Assembly: GCA_964414415.1 (NCBI GenBank)
Contig: CAYPWJ010000002.1
Coordinates: 53,300-108,315 of the forward strand
From: an uncultured Thermoplasmatales archaeon
GTDB lineage: Archaea; Thermoplasmatota; E2; UBA202; DSCA01
DNA length: 55,016 nucleotides
Direction: 5' to 3'
In this document: piece by piece, positions 36,726 through 46,524 of the stretch
Position numbering within the stretch: the stretch's first letter is position 1
Layout: each line of letters begins with the position of its first letter
The notes under the pieces: model-generated
Told to the model about the DNA's origin: nothing
The model's database searches: none
What the model saw: only the letters and a program-made list of their open reading frames with translations
Position numbers and translations under genes: made by a program

Positions 36726-39700
36726 ATGAAACTCATGAAGCGCTTCGGCTGGATGCTGTCACTTTTCGTCGCCGCTCTCTTGCTTTCAACTCCATTGTTT
36801 TCGCTTGCCAACGACGTGCAGGAGGTGCCATCCGGGTTCACTGGCGCCTCCTGGAACCGCGTCGTTCCCATAAACAAGGCCACCCTGGTGCAGCACGACG
36901 AGAACAGCTACCTTGACGACCTCGCCTACATGGCAGCCATTCCGTCGAGCGTGTTCTACGACCACAACACCGACAAGCTGTATTCCAATCCATTACTCTT
37001 CTACGAGGAGGGGCAGGAGCTCGACCGGAAGAACCGGACGCTCAACGCCCATCAGAGCCTCGAATACTTCATGGAGGACTGGCAGACCTACACCGGCGGC
37101 GTCAAGAAGATAGAGACCATAAACATGGGCGACACGGAGCCGTGGAAGGCGAAAAACTACACCCACATCAACGGACAGGACCCCTATGATATTGCAGCGC
37201 AGATGGCCCTGCAGGACTGGTCATATGCCGACAGCGCCGTCGTGGCAACTCTCGGCGACATGGCTGGTGAGGACACCACCACCGAGGGCACTATCACCGG
37301 GAGCATGTCAGCTGAGTCCATCAAGCATATCAGCCAGACGGCGGTGAAGCAGGACTCCATCGCCCCGCAGTACAACGACTTCTACGTCCCCGACGACTAC
37401 AAATACGTCAAAGCCAACCTGACCTGGCCGTCGAAGAGCTGGCTGCCGACGCTCTCCTACCTCGCCACGCTGGGGTTGTTGCAGGGGGGCCTTACCATTC
37501 CCTCAGCTGACCCCGACCTGCATCTCTACTGCAACTACGATGGGCTCATGCAGGTCGCCTCATCCCAGAACTGGAACGTGATGGCCGGCGCCCAGGAGAG
37601 CTGCGAGAGCTACATCTACTCGTCCGGCAACTGGAAGTCATCGGTCGTCGACATCCCCACCAAGGGCCCGCTCGGCGAACGCCACGGGACCATCATGCAG
37701 CGCATCCGTGATATCATCACCGGCCAGGTGCACTACCTCATCGACATCTCACTCTACCCCGGCACAGAGATAGAGATACCCGAGCGGACGCCCTTCATGT
37801 GCCGGAATGTCTCCTTCGAGCTCAGCTGGAAGAGCGGCGGCCCGCTCGGACTCGTCATCGTCGACGAGAACAACGTCGCGGTCGGCGAGGCCGTCGCGAC
37901 CAACGTGTCAAAGCAGACGCTGGAGCTCGACCAGCTCGGCGAGGGTGACTACCGGGCCTGCATCGTGCAGCTCGGCAAGGCAGAGCGCGAGATATCCTAC
38001 ACCCTCGAGTATTCCTGGAAGCAGTCCATGCGGAAAGACAGCGCCAACTCGCTGATGAACGCCGCCGAGGGCGCCGTCCTGGCATCGCTCACCAACTCGC
38101 CGCTGCTTTACACGCCTGCCGGCAAGCTCTATGGAGACATCGAGAACGTGCTGACGACACTCGGCGTCGACCACGTCTACCACGTTGACGTCGGCAACCA
38201 GTCCGACGACGGCGTCACGCAGGGACTCCGAAGCATTTGCCCCATCAAAAAATCATACCATGCACTCGAGGAGCTCTACCACGACATCAGGGGCAGGAGC
38301 GAAGAGAACGACATCGTCTTCACCACCCTCGACCCCTGGACGACGTGGCGTGCGGAGGAACTCAAGCCCGCCGAAGAGCGGGACAAAGCCCTCTACATCG
38401 GCTCCGCTGCCTATCTGGCCGCGCATCACGGCGCCCCGCTCATGGCCGTCGACATGCACCCGCCGCTTTCCCGCGCCGTCGTCTGGCACACCGAATGGTG
38501 GAAGGAACACGCCGTCCGCGACGACGAGCCAAACGTCGGCGCTATGTATCTCACCAGCAAGGAGGCATATGACTTCCTCGACGAAATCGGCTTCGACCGG
38601 CCGGGAGAGCGGGAGAGCATTATAACGGTTGCAGGCCAGTTCGACATCGGTATCTCCTGGGACCGCGCGTTCGTGGGAGCCGCAACGCCCGGCCGGCTCA
38701 TCGGGACACCCGTCGACACGGCGCAGTGGGCGTCACGGAGCGCCTTCTATCCCGCCATGATCTATGCAAATCCCGCCGTCAGCCAGGAGACCGTAGAGCT
38801 CATCAACGGCAGCAGGAGCACCCGGCAGGCCAGCGGGCTCCTCAACATCCAGAAGCCCAGCCAGGAGGAGTCATTCCACGCGCCGGTGCTCGCCTCCTAC
38901 ATGACCTACGCGCACCGGTTCAACGAACGCGCCGGCAAATACTGGGACTTCCAGTACACCACCAATACGGGCATCACGCCGTTCTACCAGCCGTCGACCA
39001 ACCCCATCGACCAGGGCGTGCTGGCCGACTACGGCAAATACGGCTCCTATTATCCCGACCTCTCGGAGACGGAGGTCGTTCCCTTCTACCTCAAAAAAAG
39101 CGGCTACGAGATGGCCTACGCCACGAACTTCAGCGCCACAATGGAGGACCTCAACCGCGGCGTCGTCGCCTGGTTCGAGACCACCCATGGCTTCATGGAA
39201 AACTCCGGCAGCCTCGCCTTCTGGAATCCACACGGAGCGCCGGGCTTCTTCGGCGTCAACATGAGCCTGCCGACCATCGAGCCGAACCCGTGGCGCGGAT
39301 ACGAGGTCTATCTGCCGGGCCCGCTGGACGGCTCAACCGCGGAACCGGACGTGCTGTCGCAGAGCAAGCGCCTCGGTCTTGACATCGTCCCCGCCAAGCT
39401 CAAGGATCTCCCGTTGTCCGACCTCATCCCGCTGGTGCGCCGCGCCGGCTACGACGGCATCATCATATCGGTGCTGTTCGGCCGGCTGCGCACCAAGGAC
39501 TACACCGGCTACGAGATGGAGGAGGAGATGGAAAACCTGCACTCCATGGGATTCAACGCGCTGAGCTGCCTCATCTCGAACACCTACCTGCATCTCTCGC
39601 TCATCCGCCACGGCTGCGTCTGGCAGGTCATCGACCCCTGGGAGACATCGTGGTATTCAGCGTTCGCCAGCGAGATGTTCGCCCGCGACCTCGCCCTGGG

Positions 39701-40025
39701 CAAAGACGTCGGTCAGGCCTACACCAACAGCATCCTCCACACCGGCATCGGGTATCTGACGAAGCAGTGGTGGTGGGACATCAAGGAAAACCTCTGCTAC
39801 TTCGGCGACCCCGACCTCTCGATGTGGTCGCCCAAACACGGCTGGGATAAACCCGAATCGCTGGACAGCGGCACCGTCCACGGCCACGCGCCGTTCGGCG
39901 CCACCGAGTACCCCCAACAAAAGGAGGAAGGCGGCTTTTCCATGATCATCGGCGTCGCCCTCGTCATCGTCGTCGCAGCAGCGGGTGCCTACCTCGGCTG
40001 GAAGTACCGGCAGCGGACGAGCTAA
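36726..40025 (+). CDS. Large secreted protein (1099 aa) with an N-terminal signal peptide and a C-terminal TM anchor plus basic tail. Function unknown.
   Basis: MKLMKRFGWMLSLFVAALLLSTPLFSLA (signal peptide). C-terminus FSMIIGVALVIVVAAAGAYLGWKYRQRTS. Internal ETTHGF / NPHGAPG / ALSCL motifs of unknown meaning. Confidence 0.7.
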   Translation: MKLMKRFGWMLSLFVAALLLSTPLFSLANDVQEVPSGFTGASWNRVVPINKATLVQHDENSYLDDLAYMAAIPSSVFYDHNTDKLYSNPLLFYEEGQELDRKNRTLNAHQSLEYFMEDWQTYTGGVKKIETINMGDTEPWKAKNYTHINGQDPYDIAAQMALQDWSYADSAVVATLGDMAGEDTTTEGTITGSMSAESIKHISQTAVKQDSIAPQYNDFYVPDDYKYVKANLTWPSKSWLPTLSYLATLGLLQGGLTIPSADPDLHLYCNYDGLMQVASSQNWNVMAGAQESCESYIYSSGNWKSSVVDIPTKGPLGERHGTIMQRIRDIITGQVHYLIDISLYPGTEIEIPERTPFMCRNVSFELSWKSGGPLGLVIVDENNVAVGEAVATNVSKQTLELDQLGEGDYRACIVQLGKAEREISYTLEYSWKQSMRKDSANSLMNAAEGAVLASLTNSPLLYTPAGKLYGDIENVLTTLGVDHVYHVDVGNQSDDGVTQGLRSICPIKKSYHALEELYHDIRGRSEENDIVFTTLDPWTTWRAEELKPAEERDKALYIGSAAYLAAHHGAPLMAVDMHPPLSRAVVWHTEWWKEHAVRDDEPNVGAMYLTSKEAYDFLDEIGFDRPGERESIITVAGQFDIGISWDRAFVGAATPGRLIGTPVDTAQWASRSAFYPAMIYANPAVSQETVELINGSRSTRQASGLLNIQKPSQEESFHAPVLASYMTYAHRFNERAGKYWDFQYTTNTGITPFYQPSTNPIDQGVLADYGKYGSYYPDLSETEVVPFYLKKSGYEMAYATNFSATMEDLNRGVVAWFETTHGFMENSGSLAFWNPHGAPGFFGVNMSLPTIEPNPWRGYEVYLPGPLDGSTAEPDVLSQSKRLGLDIVPAKLKDLPLSDLIPLVRRAGYDGIIISVLFGRLRTKDYTGYEMEEEMENLHSMGFNALSCLISNTYLHLSLIRHGCVWQVIDPWETSWYSAFASEMFARDLALGKDVGQAYTNSILHTGIGYLTKQWWWDIKENLCYFGDPDLSMWSPKHGWDKPESLDSGTVHGHAPFGATEYPQQKEEGGFSMIIGVALVIVVAAAGAYLGWKYRQRTS

Positions 40026-41173
40026 AGCGAGGCAACGCCGCGTCCTACGAGCAGCACCGCCAGGTACTCGGGCACTGCAGCAGAGCCTTTTTGCAGGGAG
40101 AATGACTGCTCCATCACCGTTATCTCCACCGGCCGCTGCAGCTCCACCTCGACTACGTTGTCATCGAAGACCACGGCGTCCCGCAGCGGGTCAAAGCCGT
40201 CGATGTCGTCCAGCGCGACCGGATGCACGCGCAGGCCTGTCTTGCCGTGCAGCGACCCCGGCTGGCGGATGAGCCGCTTGACGTCACCAGTGACGGGCTC
40301 GTCGGGCTCACCGCGAAGTTCCACCGCGCAGCGCTTCACCAGCTGCGGCATGATTTTTTTGATGTACGTCGACTGGTCTATCTTCCCCCGGCGGATACGC
40401 CGGATGCGCTCCCCGGTGACGTCGTCGATGATACCCCGGGCTGTTTTGTCGCCGATGCCGTCAAACGAGGTTAGCAGCTCCATCGCCTCCTGATGCTCCA
40501 TCTCCTGGAGCTCCCGGAAAAAGGCGACGATGTCCCGGCTGATCTTGCCCCGCCAGCCCGGCGCCGACGGCGGCGCTATCTCCAGCGCCGTCTGCGTCCT
40601 TCGTCCCTGGCGTGAGATGGTTTTTTCACGCAGCACCGCATCGAGGTCGAGCCCCCGTCCGGTGATGTAGTCGACGATCTCCCGGCGCTGCTGGCTCTCC
40701 AGCGGGAGCACCTCTGGATGCACCACATGGCAGTGGTAGCCCCGGCCGCCGCTGAAATACAGCGAGAGTTCCTCGCCGGTGAAGCCGAAGTCGTCGGTCA
40801 AAAACGCGACGAGCTTCTGCAGCTCTGTTTTAACGGCGGCGAGCATCTCCTCGTACCGCATGTCTTCTGCCCCTGGCAAATGATCCGCGTCGAGGTCGAA
40901 GATGAGGTCGGCGCCCATCCAGTCTTTCTCCTGCATCGACGCCGCATCCGGCTGCTCGTAGTAGGCCGACGAGTGGTAGACGTGTGCAGGTGCACGCTCC
41001 CGCAATAGCTCGAGCAGCTCGTCCTGTCGTTTGAATGACACGTGGCGGGTCATCCCTGGCTGGTCGAAGAACACGAAGCCGTACTCGCGGCGGGTGAAGC
41101 GACGCGGCGGCGGCACATCTGCGCTGCTGTAGTAGCGCCGGAAGCGCTCCTGCAGGAAGCTACTGCTGTCCAT
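40022..41173 (-). CDS. priS: DNA primase small (catalytic) subunit PriS.
   Basis: ADLIFDLDADHL catalytic motif, archaeo-eukaryotic primase fold signatures. Upstream on the same strand is priL (overlap). Confidence 0.85.
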   Translation of the reverse strand: MDSSSFLQERFRRYYSSADVPPPRRFTRREYGFVFFDQPGMTRHVSFKRQDELLELLRERAPAHVYHSSAYYEQPDAASMQEKDWMGADLIFDLDADHLPGAEDMRYEEMLAAVKTELQKLVAFLTDDFGFTGEELSLYFSGGRGYHCHVVHPEVLPLESQQRREIVDYITGRGLDLDAVLREKTISRQGRRTQTALEIAPPSAPGWRGKISRDIVAFFRELQEMEHQEAMELLTSFDGIGDKTARGIIDDVTGERIRRIRRGKIDQSTYIKKIMPQLVKRCAVELRGEPDEPVTGDVKRLIRQPGSLHGKTGLRVHPVALDDIDGFDPLRDAVVFDDNVVEVELQRPVEITVMEQSFSLQKGSAAVPEYLAVLLVGRGVASL

Positions 41174-42179
41174 TGTTCCTCCTCGCCCGGCTCTTGATAC
41201 GGTAGTAGCCGAGCGGATGCTTTACTTTTTTGCAGATGCGGCCGGTTTTGTCAGATGGGCAGAGCCCCCATGTCTTGATGGATGAGCAGCTTGGCGGCGT
41301 GTACTCGGTGCCTGAGACCTTGCCCGTGATGTGCTCGATCTGGTAGCGGGTATGCCCCCGGCTGAAGTCCGGGGAGCCGCCGAATATGGCGACGATGTCG
41401 TCAGTGTCCATCCCGACGGCATGGAGAAACGAGACAAGGGTAAAGCGCCCGACGTGCGGGACGTTGACACCTGACTGCGCCGCCGCCAATAGCTGACGGA
41501 TGCAGGGCGGCAGCTTCGCCACCGTCACCTCGCCCATGTCGGCCTCACGCTGCATCTGCCGTTCCTCCATCAGGGTACGCAGCCTGGTAACCTCTTCCTT
41601 GAACACGTTGCGGACTTCGGACGGTGGCTTCATGGCCCTGACCTCGCGGTAGATGGCATCCTGGATGGCGTTCTGCAGCAGGCGGGCAAGCTGCCGTTTC
41701 TGCAGCGGTATCCATCCCTCCTGGAGGGGCATGTTGACGAGCTTCCAGCTGTCGCTCCACGTCGGCGCGTGCTCCAGGTAGTCGGTGAAGTAGACCGCCA
41801 TGTCGTCCCTGATGGCGAGGTCGAACTCGCCGGCGATGGCAACGAGCAAGCCGTCGTCCTCGTCTTTGAGCCGCTCATACGCGCGTTTTGCCTCCGCCAG
41901 CGCGTAGCGGCCTGTGGCGTAGCCGCTGTTGACGCTGGCGACGATGATCCTGGCGATGGGATACGAAAAAACATTCATAAGCGCATCTGTCTCAGAAGCG
42001 GAGGGATAGTCGCCGACGACGCCGTCTTTGACGGCATCGTTGACCCGCTGCCGGGCGAGCGCCCTTGCACGCTCATAAATGGAATCGTGGAGTATCTCGC
42101 CGGTCCGGACGCCTTCTTCTTTTACCAGCTGCCGCGCCTCGTCGAGGAAGGGATACCGGGCCAGCTGGGTGACATCCAC
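41160..42179 (-). CDS. priL: DNA primase large subunit PriL.
   Basis: C-terminal Fe-S domain with Cys ligands (PPCIRQLL..., SCSSIKTWGLCPSDKTGRICKK). Operon with priS. Confidence 0.8.
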   Translation of the reverse strand: MDVTQLARYPFLDEARQLVKEEGVRTGEILHDSIYERARALARQRVNDAVKDGVVGDYPSASETDALMNVFSYPIARIIVASVNSGYATGRYALAEAKRAYERLKDEDDGLLVAIAGEFDLAIRDDMAVYFTDYLEHAPTWSDSWKLVNMPLQEGWIPLQKRQLARLLQNAIQDAIYREVRAMKPPSEVRNVFKEEVTRLRTLMEERQMQREADMGEVTVAKLPPCIRQLLAAAQSGVNVPHVGRFTLVSFLHAVGMDTDDIVAIFGGSPDFSRGHTRYQIEHITGKVSGTEYTPPSCSSIKTWGLCPSDKTGRICKKVKHPLGYYRIKSRARRNNGQQ

Positions 42180-42241
42180 GTCATGACATCCCCGGACTTA
42201 TTTAATGTTTTATGGACGGGGACAGCCGGGGCTTAAAAGCG

Positions 42242-42724
42242 TTATGCCACCTCGACGATGAACGACGCCCGCGCCTCGTTTATCGCCAGGAGCGACGGCA
42301 GGACGGTGGTCTGTCCCTCGACCTCGATATCGACCAGGCCGACGGCGCCCGTCTCCACGTCGTCGGTCAGGGCGAACACGATGTTATCTGTCTGTGTTTC
42401 TCCCTTCTGCAATGGAAACTGTGTCTGCGAGGGTGAGACGGTCAGCCACGAGGGCGACTGCACGACTGACACCTCGACCCAGACGGGGAAATACTGGAAG
42501 AAGTACGGCTCGTATGAGACGGTCATCTGCGCATTGCCGCCTCCATGTTCGGTGGCGGTGACTTCCTGCTCGGCCATCTCTGCCTGCATCTGCCCCCAGG
42601 ATATCTGGATGATTGAGTTTCCATTGTCCGTGACAGCTGCTGGACCAGATGAGGGCGATGCCGCCAGGATGACGGGGCTGACGAGTACACATACGGCTAC
42701 GGCCACCGGTACCACATGTTTCAT
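42242..42724 (-). CDS. Small secreted hypothetical protein (signal peptide).
   Basis: MKHVVPVAVAVCVLVSPVILAASPSSG, then a beta-rich, Thr/Val-rich domain. Confidence 0.5.
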   Translation of the reverse strand: MKHVVPVAVAVCVLVSPVILAASPSSGPAAVTDNGNSIIQISWGQMQAEMAEQEVTATEHGGGNAQMTVSYEPYFFQYFPVWVEVSVVQSPSWLTVSPSQTQFPLQKGETQTDNIVFALTDDVETGAVGLVDIEVEGQTTVLPSLLAINEARASFIVEVA

Positions 42725-42919
42725 TTTTCCACCTCTAAATCATACAACCAAAATTGATTTAAATACCTTGTTCTCATTGGCATGGATATACATCGCGAAA
42801 CGGTATATATATCTATCGGACGTGATACGTGATTCGCCGTTCGCTGCCGCGATATCCCGCTCTTGGCGGGCGTGACGTGGCAAACGTTAAATACAGGGTC
42901 GATATTTATGGCGCTACTT

Positions 42920-43393
42920 ATGGCCGCTGAAGAAGATGACTTTAAATACATCGTACGCATCGCCGCGACCGACGTCGACGGTGGCAAGCCCGTCCGCTAC
43001 GCCCTGACGCAGGTCAAGGGCGTCGGGGACACCCTGGCGCACATCATCGCCCGGGAGGCCGACGTCGACGAAAACCTCAAGATCGGGAATTTACCCGAAG
43101 AGCACATCGGGCAGCTCAGCGACCTCGTGGTCAACGCCGCCGACGTCGTTCCGCCCTGGATGCGGAACCGCCAGCGGGACATCGAGACCGGCGAGGACAG
43201 GCACCTCATCGGCCCCGAGATAGACACGACGCGGCGTGACGACATCAACCGCCTCAAAAAGATCAAGTCCTACCGTGGCCTCCGCCACGAGAAAGGCCTG
43301 CCGGTGCGCGGACAGCGCACCAAGGGCAACAAGCGCTCCGGCCTCGCTGTCGGCGTGTCACGACGGCGGCTGCGGCAGGAAAAGAAGGAATAG
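42920..43393 (+). CDS. rps13: 30S ribosomal protein S13 (uS13). The start may be 42908.
   Basis: FKYIVRIAATDVDGGKPVRYALTQVKGVG, C-terminal basic tail KGLPVRGQRTKGNKRSG. Confidence 0.9.
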   Translation: MAAEEDDFKYIVRIAATDVDGGKPVRYALTQVKGVGDTLAHIIAREADVDENLKIGNLPEEHIGQLSDLVVNAADVVPPWMRNRQRDIETGEDRHLIGPEIDTTRRDDINRLKKIKSYRGLRHEKGLPVRGQRTKGNKRSGLAVGVSRRRLRQEKKE

Positions 43394-43403
43394 GTGACGA
43401 ATC

Positions 43404-43976
43404 ATGGGAGATCCAAAGTTTCCGCGGAAGAAATACGAGACGCCCAGTCATCCCTGGGAGGCCGAGCGCATCGAGCGCGAGGGCGACCTCATCCACAAGT
43501 ACGGCCTCAAAAACAAGAAAGAAGTCTGGAAGGCGGAGACGTTCCTCAGGAAGATACGCGGCCATGCCAGGGAGCTCTTTGTGGGTGTCGAGGAAGCGCA
43601 GACTAAGAAGGAAAAAGAGGAGCTGCTGCGACACATGGTCTCGCTTGGGCTCCTGCCGCCTGACTCCGCCCTCGACGACATCCTGGCGTTGACCATCGAG
43701 GATGTCCTGGCGCGGCGGCTGCAGACCCAGGTGTACTATCACGGCCTCGCCTATACGCCAAAGCAGGCTCGCCAGCTCATCGTCCACGGCCACATCGTCG
43801 TCAACGGCCGGAGGGTTCGCGTGCCGTCATACATGGTCCGGACGGCGGAGGAGGACACCATCCAGTATGCCGAGTCGTCGCCGCTCGCCGACGACGTCCA
43901 CCCGATGCGCCCGAAGGTGGAGGAGGCCAAGGAGCAGCGCATGGCGATGCACAAGCAGGGCCAGGAGGAGAGATAG
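43404..43976 (+). CDS. rps4: 30S ribosomal protein S4 (uS4).
   Basis: [46 protein letters not shown]4 RNA-binding domain [11 protein letters not shown]. Confidence 0.9.
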   Translation: MGDPKFPRKKYETPSHPWEAERIEREGDLIHKYGLKNKKEVWKAETFLRKIRGHARELFVGVEEAQTKKEKEELLRHMVSLGLLPPDSALDDILALTIEDVLARRLQTQVYYHGLAYTPKQARQLIVHGHIVVNGRRVRVPSYMVRTAEEDTIQYAESSPLADDVHPMRPKVEEAKEQRMAMHKQGQEER

Positions 43977-43977
43977 G

Positions 43978-44361
43978 ATGGGAAAAAAAGCCATCACTCA
44001 CATCTTTGCGTCGCACAACGACACCATCATCACCGTCACCGACCTGACGGGGGCGGAGACACTGGCGAAGTGCACCGGCGGCATGGTTGTCCGCTCCGAC
44101 AAGGACGAGGGCTCTCCCTACGCTGCGATGCGCGCCGCCCAGAAGGTCGCCGACGACCTCCGCGAGAAAGACATCGATACCGTCAACATCAAGGTCCGCG
44201 GGAGAGGCCGCGGCCGCTCAAAGCATCCGGGACGTGGAGCGCAGGCCGCCATCAGGGCGCTCGCGCGTGCCGGCATCCGCATCGGTCGCATCGAGGATGT
44301 CACACCGGTTCCCCACAACGGCTGCCGGGAAAAAGGCGGAAAACGAGGACGACGGGTATGA
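43978..44361 (+). CDS. rps11: 30S ribosomal protein S11 (uS11).
   Basis: [21 protein letters not shown]...[41 protein letters not shown]. Confidence 0.9.
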   Translation: MGKKAITHIFASHNDTIITVTDLTGAETLAKCTGGMVVRSDKDEGSPYAAMRAAQKVADDLREKDIDTVNIKVRGRGRGRSKHPGRGAQAAIRALARAGIRIGRIEDVTPVPHNGCREKGGKRGRRV

Positions 44362-45137
44362 AGGCCACCGTGCTGGAGGAGGAGGACCAGTTTATCAGGG
44401 TGCTGTTCGAGGACATATCGCCGGATGTGGCCAACGCCATCCGACGCACCATCATGCTCGACGTGCCGACGCTGGCCATCGAAAACGTTACCATCTACGA
44501 CAACACCTCGGCGCTGTTCGACGAGATCGTCGCGCATCGCCTCGGGCTGCTGCCGCTGCCGACTGACCTGCAGTCGCTGGTGTTCCGCGAGGAGTGCGCC
44601 TGCGACGGCGAGGGATGCCCCAACTGCACCGTGCATTATACAGTCAGCAAAGAAGGAGCATGCACCGTCTACAGCGGCGACCTCGACGCCGAGGAGTCAT
44701 CTTGGGCGGTCGTCGACGAAAAAATCCCGCTGCTGCGGCTGAACCAGGACCAGCGTATCATCCTGGAGGCTGAAGCGATCCTGGGCAGGGGGAAGCAGCA
44801 CGCCAAATGGCAGCCTGCATCCGGCGTCGGCTACAGCTATTATCCCGAGATAGATATCAGCGACGAGTGCAACGGGTGCAGGGCCTGCGTTGACATCTGC
44901 CCGCGTGACGTGCTCGGGATGCAGGGCACCACGGCTGTCGTCAAAGACCTGGAGGCCTGCAGCCTCTGCAGGAGCTGCATGGAGGAATGCGAACGCGACG
45001 CCATCACGGTGGAGGGCGACCCCACCCGCATCATTTTTTCATTTGAGACAGACGGGTCGCTGCCCCCGCGAGAGGTGCTGACCGAGACGCTCGACATCCT
45101 GCACTACAAGTACGACACCCTGGCCGACCAGCTGTAG
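44358..45137 (+). CDS. rpoD: DNA-directed RNA polymerase subunit D (Rpo3) with an inserted 4Fe-4S ferredoxin-like domain.
   Basis: Start overlaps the S11 stop (ATGA). Two CxxCxxC-type clusters ([23 protein letters not shown]) as in methanogen Rpo3. Confidence 0.85.
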   Translation: MKATVLEEEDQFIRVLFEDISPDVANAIRRTIMLDVPTLAIENVTIYDNTSALFDEIVAHRLGLLPLPTDLQSLVFREECACDGEGCPNCTVHYTVSKEGACTVYSGDLDAEESSWAVVDEKIPLLRLNQDQRIILEAEAILGRGKQHAKWQPASGVGYSYYPEIDISDECNGCRACVDICPRDVLGMQGTTAVVKDLEACSLCRSCMEECERDAITVEGDPTRIIFSFETDGSLPPREVLTETLDILHYKYDTLADQL

Positions 45138-45239
45138 TGGCCCAGGCCGTCTCTCCGTATCCTTGACCGGAATATCCAGTGCTACCCCTATCAATATATC
45201 GGGCAGTCCATCCTCGCCGCTCTCACTGTCTATACCGTT

Positions 45240-45659
45240 TTGCTGTTCCTCGACGTGTTCGCCGAGATGGCTATCATTGCATCGCTGGGCGCCACCGCGT
45301 TCACCGTGTTCTCCATGCCGCGGAGCTACGCTGCGGAGCCACGCCGGGTCATCGGCGGCTACGGCTTTGGCATCGCCGTCGGCTTGCTCTGCCATCTCTC
45401 TATGCGATGGAGCACCTCATTGGTGGCTGAGGAGACGACCCTCGTCGTGTTTGGCTCGCTGGCCGTCGCCCTCGCCATCTTTGCCATGGCTGCCACCAAC
45501 ACGGAGCACGCCCCTGCAGCAGGTATCGCCTTGGGTCTGGTCGTCAACACGTGGAGCACCGGCACCCTTGCCTTTGTCGTCGCGGCGATGCTTTGGATGG
45601 CAGCCGTACGATATCTGCTTCGCAGTCACCTCATGAACCTGACGGCGCTGCATCCGTAG
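45240..45659 (+). CDS. HPP-family integral membrane protein (TTG start; no ATG/GTG/TTG upstream in frame).
   Basis: 4 TM helices, TNTEHAPAAGIALG motif resembling the HPP family signature. Confidence 0.55.
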   Translation: MLFLDVFAEMAIIASLGATAFTVFSMPRSYAAEPRRVIGGYGFGIAVGLLCHLSMRWSTSLVAEETTLVVFGSLAVALAIFAMAATNTEHAPAAGIALGLVVNTWSTGTLAFVVAAMLWMAAVRYLLRSHLMNLTALHP

Positions 45660-45662
45660 CCG

Positions 45663-46478
45663 TTACTGCTCCTGGACCGGGGAGCGCCAGTCAAGGCCGA
45701 TGGTCCGGGCGCCGAGCTTGGCGACGAGCGGCAGGCTGCGCTTGTGCTGGCTTCGCTTCCGCATCTGCTGCACCCGGTGTACCTCGCTTTCCGCGATGTC
45801 CGCCCTGCCGGCGATCGTTTCGACCGGCCATTTCCGCTCCAGCCCGTAGAGGATACGGTCCAGCTTTTGATAGGAGATGCCGAGTTCCTCCTCGTCTGTC
45901 TGCCCCTTCCACAGCCCGGCGGTCGGTGGCTTCTCGATGATGGGTTCGGGGATGTCGAGATGCCGCGCAAGCTGGTAGACCTGCGTCTTGTAGAGATCGC
46001 CAATCGGCAGAAAATCGGTGCCGCCGTCGCCATATTTGGTGAAGTAGCCGATGAGCAGCTCCGTCTTGTTCGAGCAACCGCATACCAGGCTGTCCTTGAC
46101 GTTCGAGTAGCCGTACCAGAGCAGCATGCGAAGCCGGGACTTGATGTTGCCCAGCGCCACGGCGTCCATCTCGTGGGGATAGATCTTCCGGATGGAATGG
46201 ATGAAGGGTGATATGTCGATGGTCTCGTAGTCGATATCGACCTCGTCGGCCATCACCCGGACGTGCTCGATGTCCTCTATCGGCGTTGACACCTCCGGCA
46301 TAAAGATAGCGTGGATGTTTCCGTTGCCCAGCGCCATGCTGGCCAGCTTCGCCGTCACCGCCGAGTCGATGCCGCCTGACAGTCCGATGACCACGCTGTC
46401 CACGCCTGCATTGGATGTGTAATCGCGGATGAACGTGGTGATCAGCTCTGTCGTCTCCTCCGCATCTATATCGAGCAT
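45663..46478 (-). CDS. nadE: NH3-dependent NAD+ synthetase (NadE).
   Basis: VVIGLSGGIDSAVTAKLA (PP-loop SGGxDS), YGDGG, overall NadE architecture. ORF track start 46547 trimmed to the internal Met that matches NadE N-termini. Confidence 0.85.
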   Translation of the reverse strand: MLDIDAEETTELITTFIRDYTSNAGVDSVVIGLSGGIDSAVTAKLASMALGNGNIHAIFMPEVSTPIEDIEHVRVMADEVDIDYETIDISPFIHSIRKIYPHEMDAVALGNIKSRLRMLLWYGYSNVKDSLVCGCSNKTELLIGYFTKYGDGGTDFLPIGDLYKTQVYQLARHLDIPEPIIEKPPTAGLWKGQTDEEELGISYQKLDRILYGLERKWPVETIAGRADIAESEVHRVQQMRKRSQHKRSLPLVAKLGARTIGLDWRSPVQEQ

Positions 46479-46524
46479 ATGGATAACGTTATATGCAGGG
46501 CTGATATATTGTTTTGGGATTTGT

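Noticed and set aside
42863-42919. N-terminal extension of the S13 ORF (MAGVTWQTLNTGSIFMALLM...)
   Set aside because: Archaeal uS13 proteins begin near the MAAEE/FKYIVRIA segment. The extension has no support and probably reflects upstream in-frame sequence only.
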